A stretch of DNA of 64,000 nt from a virus (Duplodnaviria > Heunggongvirae > Uroviricota > Caudoviricetes): the IMG/VR virus record IMGVR_UViG_2029527006_000005; one strand, given 5' to 3'. This document shows, piece by piece, positions 19,545 through 30,247 of this stretch (position 1 is the stretch's first letter; the number at the start of each line of letters is the position of its first letter). Position numbers and translations under genes: made by a program. Below the pieces are notes generated by a model that worked only from the letters and a program-made list of their open reading frames with translations, was not told where the DNA came from and ran no database searches.

Positions 19545-20018
19545 TTACTCCAAGTCAGGGTTTTTAACTGAAAGACTCTCAATATCTGATGCATAGATCA
19601 TCACATGCGGTTTGTCTTCTGCTACCTTAAAGTCGTGGTAGCTGTCCTTCACAATGAAATTATCAAGGATAAATCCTTTAGTGAGGAATAGCATATACTT
19701 ATTATCATCTTTTGTCAAGTAAGTATTGCGACGATTTTCTACATTTCGTTGAGCAGTATCTTCTTCCGTATTTCTACAAACACGTTCGTTATATTCCTGA
19801 TGGGTATACATTGGCATTCCCATTACCCAAGACGATTCTGTACTAATTGTTACAATAAAAAGATTGCACTTATCCGAGTGGAAGCAATCATGCATAGACT
19901 TACTACACAAAAACAAGCATTGTATCACATCACGAAAATTAAACATAATATCGTGAATCTCAAAGGCATCTTGAGTGATAATATCTTGTACGGGACCACT
20001 CTCTTTTATTCCGATCAT
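19545..20018 (-). CDS. hypothetical protein
   Basis: 157 aa, AGGAG RBS. Confidence 0.7.
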   Translation of the reverse strand: MIGIKESGPVQDIITQDAFEIHDIMFNFRDVIQCLFLCSKSMHDCFHSDKCNLFIVTISTESSWVMGMPMYTHQEYNERVCRNTEEDTAQRNVENRRNTYLTKDDNKYMLFLTKGFILDNFIVKDSYHDFKVAEDKPHVMIYASDIESLSVKNPDLE

Positions 20019-20069
20019 AGTTCACTCCTTGAACCTATTCACGAGTACAATCCATGTACTCTCAATATA

Positions 20070-20555
20070 TCATTTAGCTTCTAGCTTATACGCCTCAACC
20101 GCTTCAGATACATTCTCGATAGCTTGATCGATAAATTCTTTACTAACTAAACGCGGGGAGGTCTTCATTTCTTTTAGAAGCTCTAGGTATTTAGTCATTA
20201 ATTCTGGGATGATTCCAAAGTCGAAATCATGCACAGTGCTGTACTGAAATAGTTCACCACCATCGACATACAAGCGATTGTACGAGGTTTTAAACCCACT
20301 TTCGAGTACTGTTAGGGTCAAATCCAAACCACGCTCATACGAGCCTACAGACACGATAGCAGGGTTGATAGCAATACTAGCATTCTTTGCATTATCACTA
20401 TAAACTAAACGTAAAGTTCCAGCACCAATAATAACAGTTAGGTCATCTGTATTAAGGGTAGTAATATCCCCAGAAACAGAAACTTTATTATTTAGACGGT
20501 CTTTAGTACTGAAAGATTTAGATAGCCGTGCAAATGCATCTTCAAGTTTATTCAT
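20070..20555 (-). CDS. FQ-motif paralogue family protein
   Basis: GGELFQYSTVH. Confidence 0.7.
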   Translation of the reverse strand: MNKLEDAFARLSKSFSTKDRLNNKVSVSGDITTLNTDDLTVIIGAGTLRLVYSDNAKNASIAINPAIVSVGSYERGLDLTLTVLESGFKTSYNRLYVDGGELFQYSTVHDFDFGIIPELMTKYLELLKEMKTSPRLVSKEFIDQAIENVSEAVEAYKLEAK

Positions 20556-20995
20556 TATTCGTAATCCTTTAGTAGTTCTACTAGTTTAACAATACTATCA
20601 TCACTGCAAGTGTACGATAGGTTTAGAAGGGTGTACTGGAAGAAATCAATTTCATTAATTCCACCATACGGTACTGGTTGGGCTTTACCTTGTTTGTCTG
20701 CCATGTAAACATCTTCTGCATCAAAACGCATAGAAAATGTATCACGTTCTTCTGGGTTCAAATACACAATAAAACGACCCAAGGATTTAGCAAGTTTTTC
20801 AATCCTGATGCTATTAGAACCATAACTGAACTCAGCATCACCGCGATCATTCTGGAAATGATAGAAGTTGATACCACCAATATTAGTATAGCCCTCTGTG
20901 TATAGAAGGTCTTTGTGGTGATACATAACTTGAATCAGTTCATCAAGCGTAGTCGTCCGAGTCTTATTTTTGGTTAGCGAAAATAAATGAATCAT
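20555..20995 (-). CDS. FQ-motif paralogue family protein
   Basis: EIDFFQYTLLN. Confidence 0.7.
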   Translation of the reverse strand: MIHLFSLTKNKTRTTTLDELIQVMYHHKDLLYTEGYTNIGGINFYHFQNDRGDAEFSYGSNSIRIEKLAKSLGRFIVYLNPEERDTFSMRFDAEDVYMADKQGKAQPVPYGGINEIDFFQYTLLNLSYTCSDDSIVKLVELLKDYE

Positions 20996-21446
20996 AAATT
21001 CCTCTGCACATGGATAACGTTTTAATCATTGTATCATAGTCGAACTTGACTTGCAACCCCCAACCACCCACACAATTTTGAGTGAAGAAAACACCCTCCA
21101 TCTCGTCAAGTGTGAACGCTTCATCAAACAAATTAGTCTGATATAATTCGGTCTTTGGATTGTATACCATCAAGAATTCAGTACTGTAACGTATTACTAA
21201 TTTCTTTGGACTAATCATAATCCTGCATAAATCTTGCAAGTACTCAGTGCGAATATGTAAGTTAATGTGATTCTTATGACCAGCACAACGAACATCCATC
21301 GCGTATCCATCACCGATAACAAAACCATTTCTGGGGGTAAATTCTTTACCCGCACTCATTGACAGGCAATCCTGTACAATATAATTGATTGTATCCAAGT
21401 TGTCAAGTATATCTACTTTACGCATATCTTCTCCTTTAAATCCCAA
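20964..21446 (-). CDS. FQ-motif paralogue family protein (variant)
   Basis: EGVFFTQNCV. Confidence 0.6.
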   Translation of the reverse strand: MGFKGEDMRKVDILDNLDTINYIVQDCLSMSAGKEFTPRNGFVIGDGYAMDVRCAGHKNHINLHIRTEYLQDLCRIMISPKKLVIRYSTEFLMVYNPKTELYQTNLFDEAFTLDEMEGVFFTQNCVGGWGLQVKFDYDTMIKTLSMCRGIYDSFIFANQK

Positions 21447-22005
21447 CCTTATGTATCAATGTACGACGAATTTTACGAACATACTGAGTCTTAAATGAAA
21501 ACGGGATATAAAGATGATAACCCTCTAATTCCGGGCAAGGTGCTGTAAGAATCTCTTCATAGGCTCTTTTAATTATATTGTACTCTGGTAGTTCTGGGTG
21601 GATCAACGATAACTGAAAATGCTCATCTTCAGTACATAACCCTTCCTTAAAGAATGTGTCAACATAATCATCAGTATCCAATAAATCTGAATTTTCAGAA
21701 TTAACAAAAGAATAACCAAAAAATTCATCATCTTTGTTGTAGGCAACACTGCAACCTGTATTACAAAATAATGAAATGCCAGTATCTTTGGATAAATGGA
21801 ATACATGTTCGGAACCGTAACCATCAATGTATGTTCTTATATATATTTTATCTTTATCAGTCCATACAAATTCTAGTTCATTACCATCGTCCATGCGAGT
21901 GTTTTGTTGATAACTATAAGCTACTTTTTGTTTCCTGAAATTCAAACAACGAATAGCTAGATCTCTACATAACTCGAAATGCTCTTTAAGTTCTTCATAG
22001 TTCAT
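21436..22005 (-). CDS. FQ-motif paralogue family protein
   Basis: EDEHFQLSLIH. Confidence 0.7.
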   Translation of the reverse strand: MNYEELKEHFELCRDLAIRCLNFRKQKVAYSYQQNTRMDDGNELEFVWTDKDKIYIRTYIDGYGSEHVFHLSKDTGISLFCNTGCSVAYNKDDEFFGYSFVNSENSDLLDTDDYVDTFFKEGLCTEDEHFQLSLIHPELPEYNIIKRAYEEILTAPCPELEGYHLYIPFSFKTQYVRKIRRTLIHKVGI

Positions 22006-22008
22006 TGG

Positions 22009-22647
22009 TTAAAATTCCTCAAAGTACAAACAAATGTCATCATAGATAGTGTTAAGAAGTTCAGTACTAACTTCTGGACAAAGATCCATATAGAAACACA
22101 TACCTTTCATTTCAGTACAATCCATAGTTAGTGCTTCCATATAACGTGGAAGGTCTTCGTACTTCAATACCATATCATCACGAATAAGTGATTGTTGAAA
22201 GTACTCTTCCTCGCTGATATTAATTACACCACCATCTAGCTTAGAATCCAAGTACTCATCTTCGTGATCATTCCCACTATCAAAGAATGTATACTCTTCA
22301 TTACGTTCATCACCTTCCATGAAGTTACGGCCCCATCCACGATGTGTACGGAGATTGATAATATACAAGTGCTCATGATTTCCAATTTCGCAAATCTCGT
22401 AACGTTCTTCGTGATCATCCATATCAAATGATACACGAACTAATGCATGTTCGTCTGCGTACTTAAACCCATACACCCTGCATAAGTATTGTGGCATGTA
22501 CTTTTCATAAGAGAATACTTTTGGTTTATTCTTATTAAGCAAAGCACCCAATTCTAGCATAAGTTTGTAACGATAGATATCTTCATCTACTTTGTCTTTA
22601 AAGGTTGAACGCATCATAAAAGTCATTGACAATATCCTCTGCCTCAT
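22009..22647 (-). CDS. FQ-motif paralogue family protein
   Basis: EEEYFQQSLIR. Confidence 0.7.
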   Translation of the reverse strand: MRQRILSMTFMMRSTFKDKVDEDIYRYKLMLELGALLNKNKPKVFSYEKYMPQYLCRVYGFKYADEHALVRVSFDMDDHEERYEICEIGNHEHLYIINLRTHRGWGRNFMEGDERNEEYTFFDSGNDHEDEYLDSKLDGGVINISEEEYFQQSLIRDDMVLKYEDLPRYMEALTMDCTEMKGMCFYMDLCPEVSTELLNTIYDDICLYFEEF

Positions 22648-23005
22648 CTTGGTTCATTGGTTCTACTGAAAGTATTTCGATACGTTCAGGTTCCCAGATC
22701 ATATAAGAATTACATGTATCTGGTTCGAAAAGATTTTTGTACTCAACTGAATTATATCCGTCACGAGTACAGGAATTGATTGTATCACGCCATGCTTGAC
22801 AGTCACCCATGTCATCCATAGCCACTACACGACCTAGATCTACTTCTAAGCGGTGCACATAGATCTCTAGCTCACCACTACCACAGTAGTTGCGAACCTT
22901 GCGTAAGGCCGCCTCAAGAGCACTGTGAATACCTCCCATATGAATCCCACCATATGGAACGTAAAAATCTTTAATTTTAACTGTACTTGCGTGATACAAA
23001 ATCAT
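22598..23005 (-). CDS. putative ADP-ribosyltransferase-like fold protein
   Basis: LYHAS, GIHMG, GYNSVEYKNLFE and SYMIWEPERI resemble polyvalent-protein ART domains. Confidence 0.5.
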   Translation of the reverse strand: MILYHASTVKIKDFYVPYGGIHMGGIHSALEAALRKVRNYCGSGELEIYVHRLEVDLGRVVAMDDMGDCQAWRDTINSCTRDGYNSVEYKNLFEPDTCNSYMIWEPERIEILSVEPMNQDEAEDIVNDFYDAFNL

Positions 23006-23006
23006 T

Positions 23007-23597
23007 TTAATATCCCCATAGTAATTCGTCTAAGCATTTATATGACGGATAGTAACACATCTGGGGTTCGATTGTCAAGCTATCATTATCATAAAGAGGA
23101 AGATTTCTCATACGATTCATGATCTCATTTAATTCTTCAGCAGTGTAAGTGTCCATGATAGTACTGTGCATGAATAACTCACTCTCTGCTTCAGCATCCA
23201 ATTGGCTGTCACGACAGTACCAACCAATCTCGTATTCTTTCTCTTCTAGACCATATACCCGTACTGGACATGTATCACAACAAGTAGCATTAGAATAAAT
23301 CTCTATCATGTTCACGGATAATCTGTTAGTTGGGTGTCTGGTAAAACATTGTCCTAGAGAAAGAATACCATTACGGTAGGAGTACTTATTTTCTTGATAA
23401 GAAATACTCATATAGTCAGGCCAGAAGTCTGCTGTTACTGGACCTTTTTGCTGTGCATGAATATTGAGATTAATACCATCACACGTCTTCTGAAAGTTAT
23501 GGTAACGCTGAATTAAAGCAAATAAAGAGAAGTACACTTTATCATTTAACATCATATCCATAACGGTTTTTAATTTTTGATCTCCAATCATTACCAC
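23007..23597 (-). CDS. FQ-motif paralogue family protein (variant)
   Basis: ESELFMHSTIM. Confidence 0.65.
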   Translation of the reverse strand: MVMIGDQKLKTVMDMMLNDKVYFSLFALIQRYHNFQKTCDGINLNIHAQQKGPVTADFWPDYMSISYQENKYSYRNGILSLGQCFTRHPTNRLSVNMIEIYSNATCCDTCPVRVYGLEEKEYEIGWYCRDSQLDAEAESELFMHSTIMDTYTAEELNEIMNRMRNLPLYDNDSLTIEPQMCYYPSYKCLDELLWGY

Positions 23598-24246
23598 ACC
23601 TTTCTGCCATTAATTCAATAAGTGCTTTACGTGCTGGAACAAAACGCAACACGTCTGTTGTACCTAATGCAAGAATTGATTCAGTACTGATATCATCCTT
23701 GAACATTTTTAAATGATCATGTACGAAGTGTACTAGATATGCACCATCAATTCTTTTTTGATCCCCTACCAGTAAAGCCTGAAACTCTGCTTCACGCATC
23801 GAATCATTGTCTATCCCCTCAAGAATCATATTATACACTATCGCAAAATCATTGTCAAAGTTGCGATATAAATTATCAATACAATCCATATGGGATAGTA
23901 CAAATCTGTACTTTGAATTGTTAGGGGAAGTGAAGTTCTTAATATGATTCTTACTACTTGTAATAGTAATTAATCTATCATAACCTTCATCGTATGTAAT
24001 AGCATTGTGTAAATTTACTTCAGGCCATCCAAAGCTAAAACGGTATGACCGAATCTTTTCACCTTTCTCGTGAGGGATATAATGCTGACCACCAATACCA
24101 CTTCTGTACTTTGCTAAATCTGGGTAATTATCATTGTAGAGTTTAAACATGTACATAATATCTAAAATGTACCCAGATAGCTTTTTCATCTTTTCGTATG
24201 AAGTCTTCATGCTAAATTTAATAACCCCCATACCTTTTGAGTACAA
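23542..24246 (-). CDS. FQ-motif paralogue family protein
   Basis: REAEFQALLV. Confidence 0.65.
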   Translation of the reverse strand: MYSKGMGVIKFSMKTSYEKMKKLSGYILDIMYMFKLYNDNYPDLAKYRSGIGGQHYIPHEKGEKIRSYRFSFGWPEVNLHNAITYDEGYDRLITITSSKNHIKNFTSPNNSKYRFVLSHMDCIDNLYRNFDNDFAIVYNMILEGIDNDSMREAEFQALLVGDQKRIDGAYLVHFVHDHLKMFKDDISTESILALGTTDVLRFVPARKALIELMAERCGNDWRSKIKNRYGYDVK

Positions 24247-24785
24247 TAATCTTTGAGTTTAATGTCGTTAAGTTCCTCTTTATTCTCGGCAATTGAAATG
24301 GCATAATCAGGTGGACAGAACTCACTAAAGTGATGATAATGTTCCCTCATCATTACATAATCCGAATAATCAGGAACCGAAGCCAAAGTACTCAACTGAA
24401 ATATTTCCTCTTCAGTAATATCAATTGGTACTTGAGATAGTTCTACTGTACTATTTCCAATCACAATATCAGTACTGGAAGAATTCATATACATATTCAT
24501 ACGTTTTGAAATCGTATCACCAAAACCACTAAACATCAACCTAGATTCTTTTGGCATAAGCATATTTGGTGAAGGAGAGACATTGAATATTTTAATTCTA
24601 AAGATTGATATATTATCACGGTGTTTAACATCAAATGTAGTTTCATACTCATCTTTGTATAAACACATCTTCAACAATCCCATACAACCATCATAGCTCA
24701 TCATTAAGTCTACATAGAAAGAAGGTACATTATTATTGAAATGTATTACTGCTTTTAATAAGTTTGTGTAATCTTTGAAATCCAT
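24207..24785 (-). CDS. FQ-motif paralogue family protein
   Basis: EEEIFQLSTLA. Confidence 0.7.
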   Translation of the reverse strand: MDFKDYTNLLKAVIHFNNNVPSFYVDLMMSYDGCMGLLKMCLYKDEYETTFDVKHRDNISIFRIKIFNVSPSPNMLMPKESRLMFSGFGDTISKRMNMYMNSSSTDIVIGNSTVELSQVPIDITEEEIFQLSTLASVPDYSDYVMMREHYHHFSEFCPPDYAISIAENKEELNDIKLKDYCTQKVWGLLNLA

Positions 24786-25267
24786 GCCATGCCCTCATCT
24801 AGAATTGAATCAATAATCTCAAAGTTTTCATCACTCATGCGGTTGACCATAATAGTATTAATATCTGGGTTTAAATTCTTTAGTACTGCTAGAATAGTTA
24901 ACGCACGTGCATCCGGTACAATCAAATCCGATAGGAAGAAAAGTTCTTCCTCGTTATTACCATCCCATTCTGGAACTAATACTGTCTTATTATCAACTAG
25001 CAATTCATTACCTTGACACCTACGCCAGAACATAAGAATACCATTTACAGTCGTATCCATTCTATTTTCTAGTACTGGATTCGGATGATTGAAAGTTCCA
25101 ATTCCAAATACTGGAAGATTGTAATCATTATTCAGGATTTGAAATCCAGAACCAGCAGTACTATAATTCGTATTGAACTCGAATTTACCTTTAGTAATAC
25201 GGTTACCAATACAAGAGTAAGGTTGTAATGCGTCAACTTTTTTACAGAAGTTTAAAATATCAGTCAT
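24755..25267 (-). CDS. FQ-motif paralogue family protein (variant)
   Basis: EEELFFLSDLI. Confidence 0.65.
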   Translation of the reverse strand: MTDILNFCKKVDALQPYSCIGNRITKGKFEFNTNYSTAGSGFQILNNDYNLPVFGIGTFNHPNPVLENRMDTTVNGILMFWRRCQGNELLVDNKTVLVPEWDGNNEEELFFLSDLIVPDARALTILAVLKNLNPDINTIMVNRMSDENFEIIDSILDEGMAWISKITQTY

Positions 25268-25778
25268 GGAATGTATCTCTCAATTTAGTAAGTTCTTCAA
25301 TAATAGTATCAACACAGAATGTATGATTAGAGTACGAAAGAACACTAATTCCATTCGGGTTGTTGTACTTATAATGAGACATAATCGCAATCTCATCAAT
25401 TGCGGTGTTATCATAAATTGTACTCAACTGGAAGATCTCACCTTCACCCTCACCAGTTTCAATGTTAACCGGGAATAAATTGATAGAAACACTATCCTTA
25501 CCACCAATATAATCCATGTGTTTACATTCACTAAGACGAATAGAACTCGCTTGGTGTTCAGAACCATAACATATAGGAGCCACTTTAGACTCCCTTGTTG
25601 AAATGTGATAAAGAGTTGTAATGTTCAAAACAGTATAAAGACTAATACCCATATCATCATTGTGGAAAGTAATACCAACATTATCATACAGTGTTTTACA
25701 GAAGTTCTTCCCCTCAAATGCATAAAGAGGTAATAGTTCTTCCAAGAGTTTTAGTACTTTATAATGTTTCTGATACAT
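25260..25778 (-). CDS. FQ-motif paralogue family protein
   Basis: EGEIFQLSTIY. Confidence 0.7.
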   Translation of the reverse strand: MYQKHYKVLKLLEELLPLYAFEGKNFCKTLYDNVGITFHNDDMGISLYTVLNITTLYHISTRESKVAPICYGSEHQASSIRLSECKHMDYIGGKDSVSINLFPVNIETGEGEGEIFQLSTIYDNTAIDEIAIMSHYKYNNPNGISVLSYSNHTFCVDTIIEELTKLRDTFHD

Positions 25779-26422
25779 TAGATATCCTCTTTTAAATTCT
25801 GTACAAAAGTAACAATCTTACTTTCTACTTCATCAATGATTGAATCATCAACAACAGTAGGAAGGTTTATGTACTGATCATATTTCTTTTCATTCTTCGC
25901 TACGTAACCGTCAAACATGTTATCAACGATATTAAGTAAACTGAAGATACAGTACAACCCAAATGAATGACCATCAAAGGCAGTAACAGTACTGTGTTGG
26001 AATTCCAACTCTTCCATCTCATCACGTACAATCAAAGAACCACCAGCTTCTACTGGAAGCGACTCAAGCTCAATAGCTTCGTGTGCATTCTTTTCAGTGA
26101 AACGTAATGTAGTCTTTTTACCTGATAGTACTAAAGATTTACCAGTTAAGTAATTTTCAGGACTGTAGTAACCGTTATTTTCAGCTAGATGCGTTTTGAG
26201 AATAGTATTACCATTATGTGTCTCATTGTTCATAATCATAACAATGAACTCATTACTCCCACGTGTATAGAATAAACGCAAGGAATGTGTATCATTAACA
26301 TCACCCAAATCCCACATCATTCTGTGCTTGATTTCAGTACTGTCAGATTGATCTAAAAGTACAGTCGCTTGTTGAATGTACTTAATCATACGGTAGTGCT
26401 TTAACATGCTATTGTGATTCAT
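25778..26422 (-). CDS. FQ-motif paralogue family protein
   Basis: EELEFQHSTVT. Confidence 0.7.
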   Translation of the reverse strand: MNHNSMLKHYRMIKYIQQATVLLDQSDSTEIKHRMMWDLGDVNDTHSLRLFYTRGSNEFIVMIMNNETHNGNTILKTHLAENNGYYSPENYLTGKSLVLSGKKTTLRFTEKNAHEAIELESLPVEAGGSLIVRDEMEELEFQHSTVTAFDGHSFGLYCIFSLLNIVDNMFDGYVAKNEKKYDQYINLPTVVDDSIIDEVESKIVTFVQNLKEDI

Positions 26423-27048
26423 TATAGTATCCTGTATCTTCTGAATAATGGCCTACTTGTAAAATAATTATACAGATAATCATTCTCCAAGTCAACCCCT
26501 CTGTGGAAATTATATACCACAAAATCGATGTTCTTCAGCCGCAATGCTTGAAAGTCAATGACGTTGTACATCATATCACGCATAAATTTGTTGTCCACTG
26601 TGAAGTCCACTGCTACTTTGCGTTCAGCCGCATCACACGTTTGATCATACGGAATATATTCTTCTAGTACATCTCCACTATCTAAGTAACCACTACGCAT
26701 AGTCAAGCACTGATCACTGAGTGAAGTTAATATAACACTATCAGTGTACATATAATAGTTCACGTGAGTATGGCTTGTTATTAACCCTTCGGATGCATAG
26801 AATGTTATCACGTCATTGTTTAGTGAAGCTACATTCTTCTTCTCAAGTACAAGTTTCTTTACTGACTTATTATTACCTAAATCTTCAGTATCAACCCTTA
26901 AAGCAAACTCACCCAAGTCAATAAGATCTTTGCGATGGATTAGTCTTTCCCATTCTATGTCAAGCATTGAACTGAACTTAATAAGCTCTCTATATATCGT
27001 GTCAAGTGTGTTCATAAGACCCCCATAAAAGAAAAGGCAGTGTATCAC
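26422..27048 (-). CDS. hypothetical protein within the paralogue array, motif not evident
   Basis: about 200 aa, same size class as the family. Confidence 0.65.
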   Translation of the reverse strand: MIHCLFFYGGLMNTLDTIYRELIKFSSMLDIEWERLIHRKDLIDLGEFALRVDTEDLGNNKSVKKLVLEKKNVASLNNDVITFYASEGLITSHTHVNYYMYTDSVILTSLSDQCLTMRSGYLDSGDVLEEYIPYDQTCDAAERKVAVDFTVDNKFMRDMMYNVIDFQALRLKNIDFVVYNFHRGVDLENDYLYNYFTSRPLFRRYRIL

Positions 27049-27060
27049 GATACACCGCCT
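27033..27060 (-). terminator. intrinsic terminator
   Basis: AGGCGGTGTATC-GT-GATACACTGCCT-TTTCTTTT on the minus strand. Confidence 0.65.
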
Positions 27061-27069
27061 GTGTCAACA

Positions 27070-27624
27070 TCAACATGCCGCTTCTGCTTCAAAAATATCA
27101 ATCATAGCTTGAACCGCTTCAGTACTGAAGGATAACAAGCGAGTCGCATTTAGTGCAAAATAATAATCGTTATTCATTGTGTTATGATAACAGTACTCAA
27201 TGTATGAAGCAAATAGTTCTATTTCATTATCTACAACCATACGCTGGAATAGTTCATCATCAGTACCATTGACAATTATTTCAATTTCAGCACACTCTGG
27301 ATTGTTATCAAAATTGATAATCTTACGCTCTAAGCAAGTCTCTAAACTATGCATAGTTAGAAGTATATCACCTAGATTGGTTTTTTGTATATGCATAGTA
27401 CCTTCAGAACTTCTGTCCAAATAAGTATGACACGCAACTAAGAACCAATCATCTATTGTACTTTTAAGTACTGAACTATGATGTTCGCGATTAATAACAT
27501 CAGTCCCAACAAAAACAGTCATCTTTGCTAAATCAGTAATATTTCTGCACATGTGCCGTTTATTGTCATGTATATCCATGATGCAATCAATAAGTTTCTT
27601 TATTAGATCGAATTTGGCAAACAT
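27070..27624 (-). CDS. FQ-motif paralogue family protein
   Basis: DDELFQRMVV. Confidence 0.7.
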   Translation of the reverse strand: MFAKFDLIKKLIDCIMDIHDNKRHMCRNITDLAKMTVFVGTDVINREHHSSVLKSTIDDWFLVACHTYLDRSSEGTMHIQKTNLGDILLTMHSLETCLERKIINFDNNPECAEIEIIVNGTDDELFQRMVVDNEIELFASYIEYCYHNTMNNDYYFALNATRLLSFSTEAVQAMIDIFEAEAAC

Positions 27625-28217
27625 TTCTTTTTCATCTCCTGAAGTTCAGAATGAGCATCATAGATTTTCTGTACTGAATTAGCAAAACAAATATAAACCT
27701 TAGTGTGGTTTTCTTCACAGAGAGTATCTTTCAACATGAAGTTCAATACCATAGCATTGATTTCATCAGTACTATATACTAGACCCTTCTGGAATAATTC
27801 ACCCCGTAACTCTTCTTCATTATTAACATGTATTAGAGTAGGAAGATATACCTCATCACCTTGTATATCCCGCCAGAACCAATTACGATCATTCACTACT
27901 AAGATTTCACCACTACCTTCTCGAATGCACATACGCTTCTTGTCTGACTGATAGCGAGTACTGTATGGTCTGTTGTCATCCATAGGATCAGTATTAGCTG
28001 CTACAATAAATGAATTATAATAGTTCACATCTTCAGAATTCAACTGCAATGCAATACTATTTTGTATCTTCAGGATTTTGTACTTTGAACTCTCATATAG
28101 TACTGCATCCATCTGGGTTACATCATCTAATACCATGTAATCAGCTATGTCACGAATCAATAAACAAACTTCTTGTACTGCTAACCACTCCAAATAACTA
28201 CAATCTGCTAAATTCAT
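27603..28217 (-). CDS. FQ-motif paralogue family protein
   Basis: RGELFQKGLVY; start moved to MNLADC (GGAG RBS). Confidence 0.7.
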   Translation of the reverse strand: MNLADCSYLEWLAVQEVCLLIRDIADYMVLDDVTQMDAVLYESSKYKILKIQNSIALQLNSEDVNYYNSFIVAANTDPMDDNRPYSTRYQSDKKRMCIREGSGEILVVNDRNWFWRDIQGDEVYLPTLIHVNNEEELRGELFQKGLVYSTDEINAMVLNFMLKDTLCEENHTKVYICFANSVQKIYDAHSELQEMKKKCLPNSI

Positions 28218-28346
28218 CTTAATCTCCAACTTAAACGCAATCTCATAGCACCGTCGCCCGGTCGCCCCCCGATTACACTTTATTTGCACTTTGTGAAGCG
28301 AAAATTTTTTTACGCCCCGGCACGCATATCCTCCGGGGGGTAACAT

Positions 28347-28982
28347 TTATTTATGCTTTGTAATTTCCATCATTTCGGCTAATTTCTTGTTCACATTCAT
28401 AATAGCTGTATCTAAACGTTTAATCTGTAACAAACTCTGTCCGTAATAAATCATTTCACCTAACTTGTACTCCGCATCACGTAAACCCATCCACGTAGCA
28501 GCACCATCCGTCAAACGACTATCAATACACATCTGTGTCTGGAATAATGTCTCATCTGGTAGCTCCATAATATCTAAACCATCAGGCAATTGTACTGCAC
28601 TGTTCTCGTACTTAACTTGTGCAAACAAAGGGGTATTACGCATTACGTACTGAATGTAATTACTATCTTCTGTACTTTTAATAACTGAATGTGTTGGAAT
28701 TGGCTTCAATGGGATAATGGGCATGTTACGATTTAAACTAACGTACATTGAATTACCTTTACCAACAGATAAATCTATTTCGTCTGATTTTCCCGTTCCT
28801 GCACTAAAAAAATACTTCTCTTCTTCAAACAATGCCTGTACTTCATTGTAGGTCACTCCACGTGCTCTGTGCTCACGAATCAACCACAACCCAGCAGCAA
28901 TGTGCGGTAAATATTCATTACCGATTATGTACTGATCACGGAACTTCTTACCCTCTTTACTCACTTTTAATTTTAATGACAT
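28347..28982 (-). CDS. FQ-motif paralogue family protein
   Basis: DETLFQTQMCI. Confidence 0.7.
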   Translation of the reverse strand: MSLKLKVSKEGKKFRDQYIIGNEYLPHIAAGLWLIREHRARGVTYNEVQALFEEEKYFFSAGTGKSDEIDLSVGKGNSMYVSLNRNMPIIPLKPIPTHSVIKSTEDSNYIQYVMRNTPLFAQVKYENSAVQLPDGLDIMELPDETLFQTQMCIDSRLTDGAATWMGLRDAEYKLGEMIYYGQSLLQIKRLDTAIMNVNKKLAEMMEITKHK

Positions 28983-29649
28983 ATTCTTCTAATGCCTCAA
29001 TAATTTCATCGTAAGGAATCACTATAACATTATCCACCGCGATTGTCAATACTCCCGTAAGGATATCACACGTATTAACTAAATCATCGCCCTTCTCAAA
29101 GGTACGCTTGATTTGATCAATACCCATCGAAAAATCACTCAACACCTTATCAGCATCTAATGCCATATCAGGCTCGCAACTCACATTGTGCTGGAATAAC
29201 TCGCATTCTAACGCATCGTAACCATCCTCAAAGGGATTCTCTAAACTGAATACCCTTGGCCTACCCTTCTGTACTACGGCCCCTGCTGACACCATAGCGA
29301 TATCCTGAAGCGATTTATAGGAACTCTGCCACGATAACCAATGACCATCTGTACTGATAATCGGTACTGCATTCTCGAATTTACTATAATGACACGCTCT
29401 GAACTCAGCAATGGGTACAAATAACATACCACTCATTGTCGGTACTTCAATCTGTAATGAAGCAACCCATACATCATTTGTGTGATCAGGGTGGTAATAC
29501 TTCTTCGGTACTCGTATACGAAAACCTTGCGGTACTGAACCTACTACTTTACGATCAATACAACGTGGCATTGCCTCCATTATCTGTACTAACCTTTGTA
29601 ATTTAATACTGTTCAAAGCCTGTGTATCCATTGTATCCATTGAATCCAT
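28957..29649 (-). CDS. FQ-motif paralogue family protein
   Basis: ECELFQHNVS. Confidence 0.7.
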   Translation of the reverse strand: MDSMDTMDTQALNSIKLQRLVQIMEAMPRCIDRKVVGSVPQGFRIRVPKKYYHPDHTNDVWVASLQIEVPTMSGMLFVPIAEFRACHYSKFENAVPIISTDGHWLSWQSSYKSLQDIAMVSAGAVVQKGRPRVFSLENPFEDGYDALECELFQHNVSCEPDMALDADKVLSDFSMGIDQIKRTFEKGDDLVNTCDILTGVLTIAVDNVIVIPYDEIIEALEEYVIKIKSE

Positions 29650-30247
29650 ACTGTTCTCTCATCAATTTGATAATGTTCAATACGCCCTCACAATGGTTCA
29701 ACGGATCTGCACCTAACCACATTTGAATGTTAGGTAACTTCCGTCTACGCCACTCGAACGCAAACATCAAAGCATTAATAACTTCAACCTTCTGTACTAA
29801 ACTCTCTTGGAACAAAAACATCTCCGTATCTGGATCTGTCATGTCCATCATTTCGTACTCAAAATATATATCACTAATGATACTTTTACGGAATATAATT
29901 CTATCACTATCTTTGTTTAATGATATATGACTCGTTACTGTATCATTTAATAATACTACGTTTAACTCTATGTTTGTGGTATAATCCCAATTGTACTTTA
30001 AAACCGTTTTATTAACACACGCTATATGAAAAAACTGCTTTTTATCTTTATAATTATAATTGAAAAAACCACCATCCCTTTCAAAACCTACAACAACATC
30101 ATTCTCAAAATTCCATGACTGTACATTGAATACTTTTTGTTGTATGTCTTTATTCTTCAGGTACTCATTCGTGATACCAATTAATGCCATCGCTTCCTCT
30201 AGGTAATCAATGCATTGACGCACCTCTTGTACTGTTAATATGTTCAT
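29603..30247 (-). CDS. FQ-motif paralogue family protein
   Basis: EMFLFQESLVQ. Confidence 0.7.
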   Translation of the reverse strand: MNILTVQEVRQCIDYLEEAMALIGITNEYLKNKDIQQKVFNVQSWNFENDVVVGFERDGGFFNYNYKDKKQFFHIACVNKTVLKYNWDYTTNIELNVVLLNDTVTSHISLNKDSDRIIFRKSIISDIYFEYEMMDMTDPDTEMFLFQESLVQKVEVINALMFAFEWRRRKLPNIQMWLGADPLNHCEGVLNIIKLMREQYGFNGYNGYTGFEQY

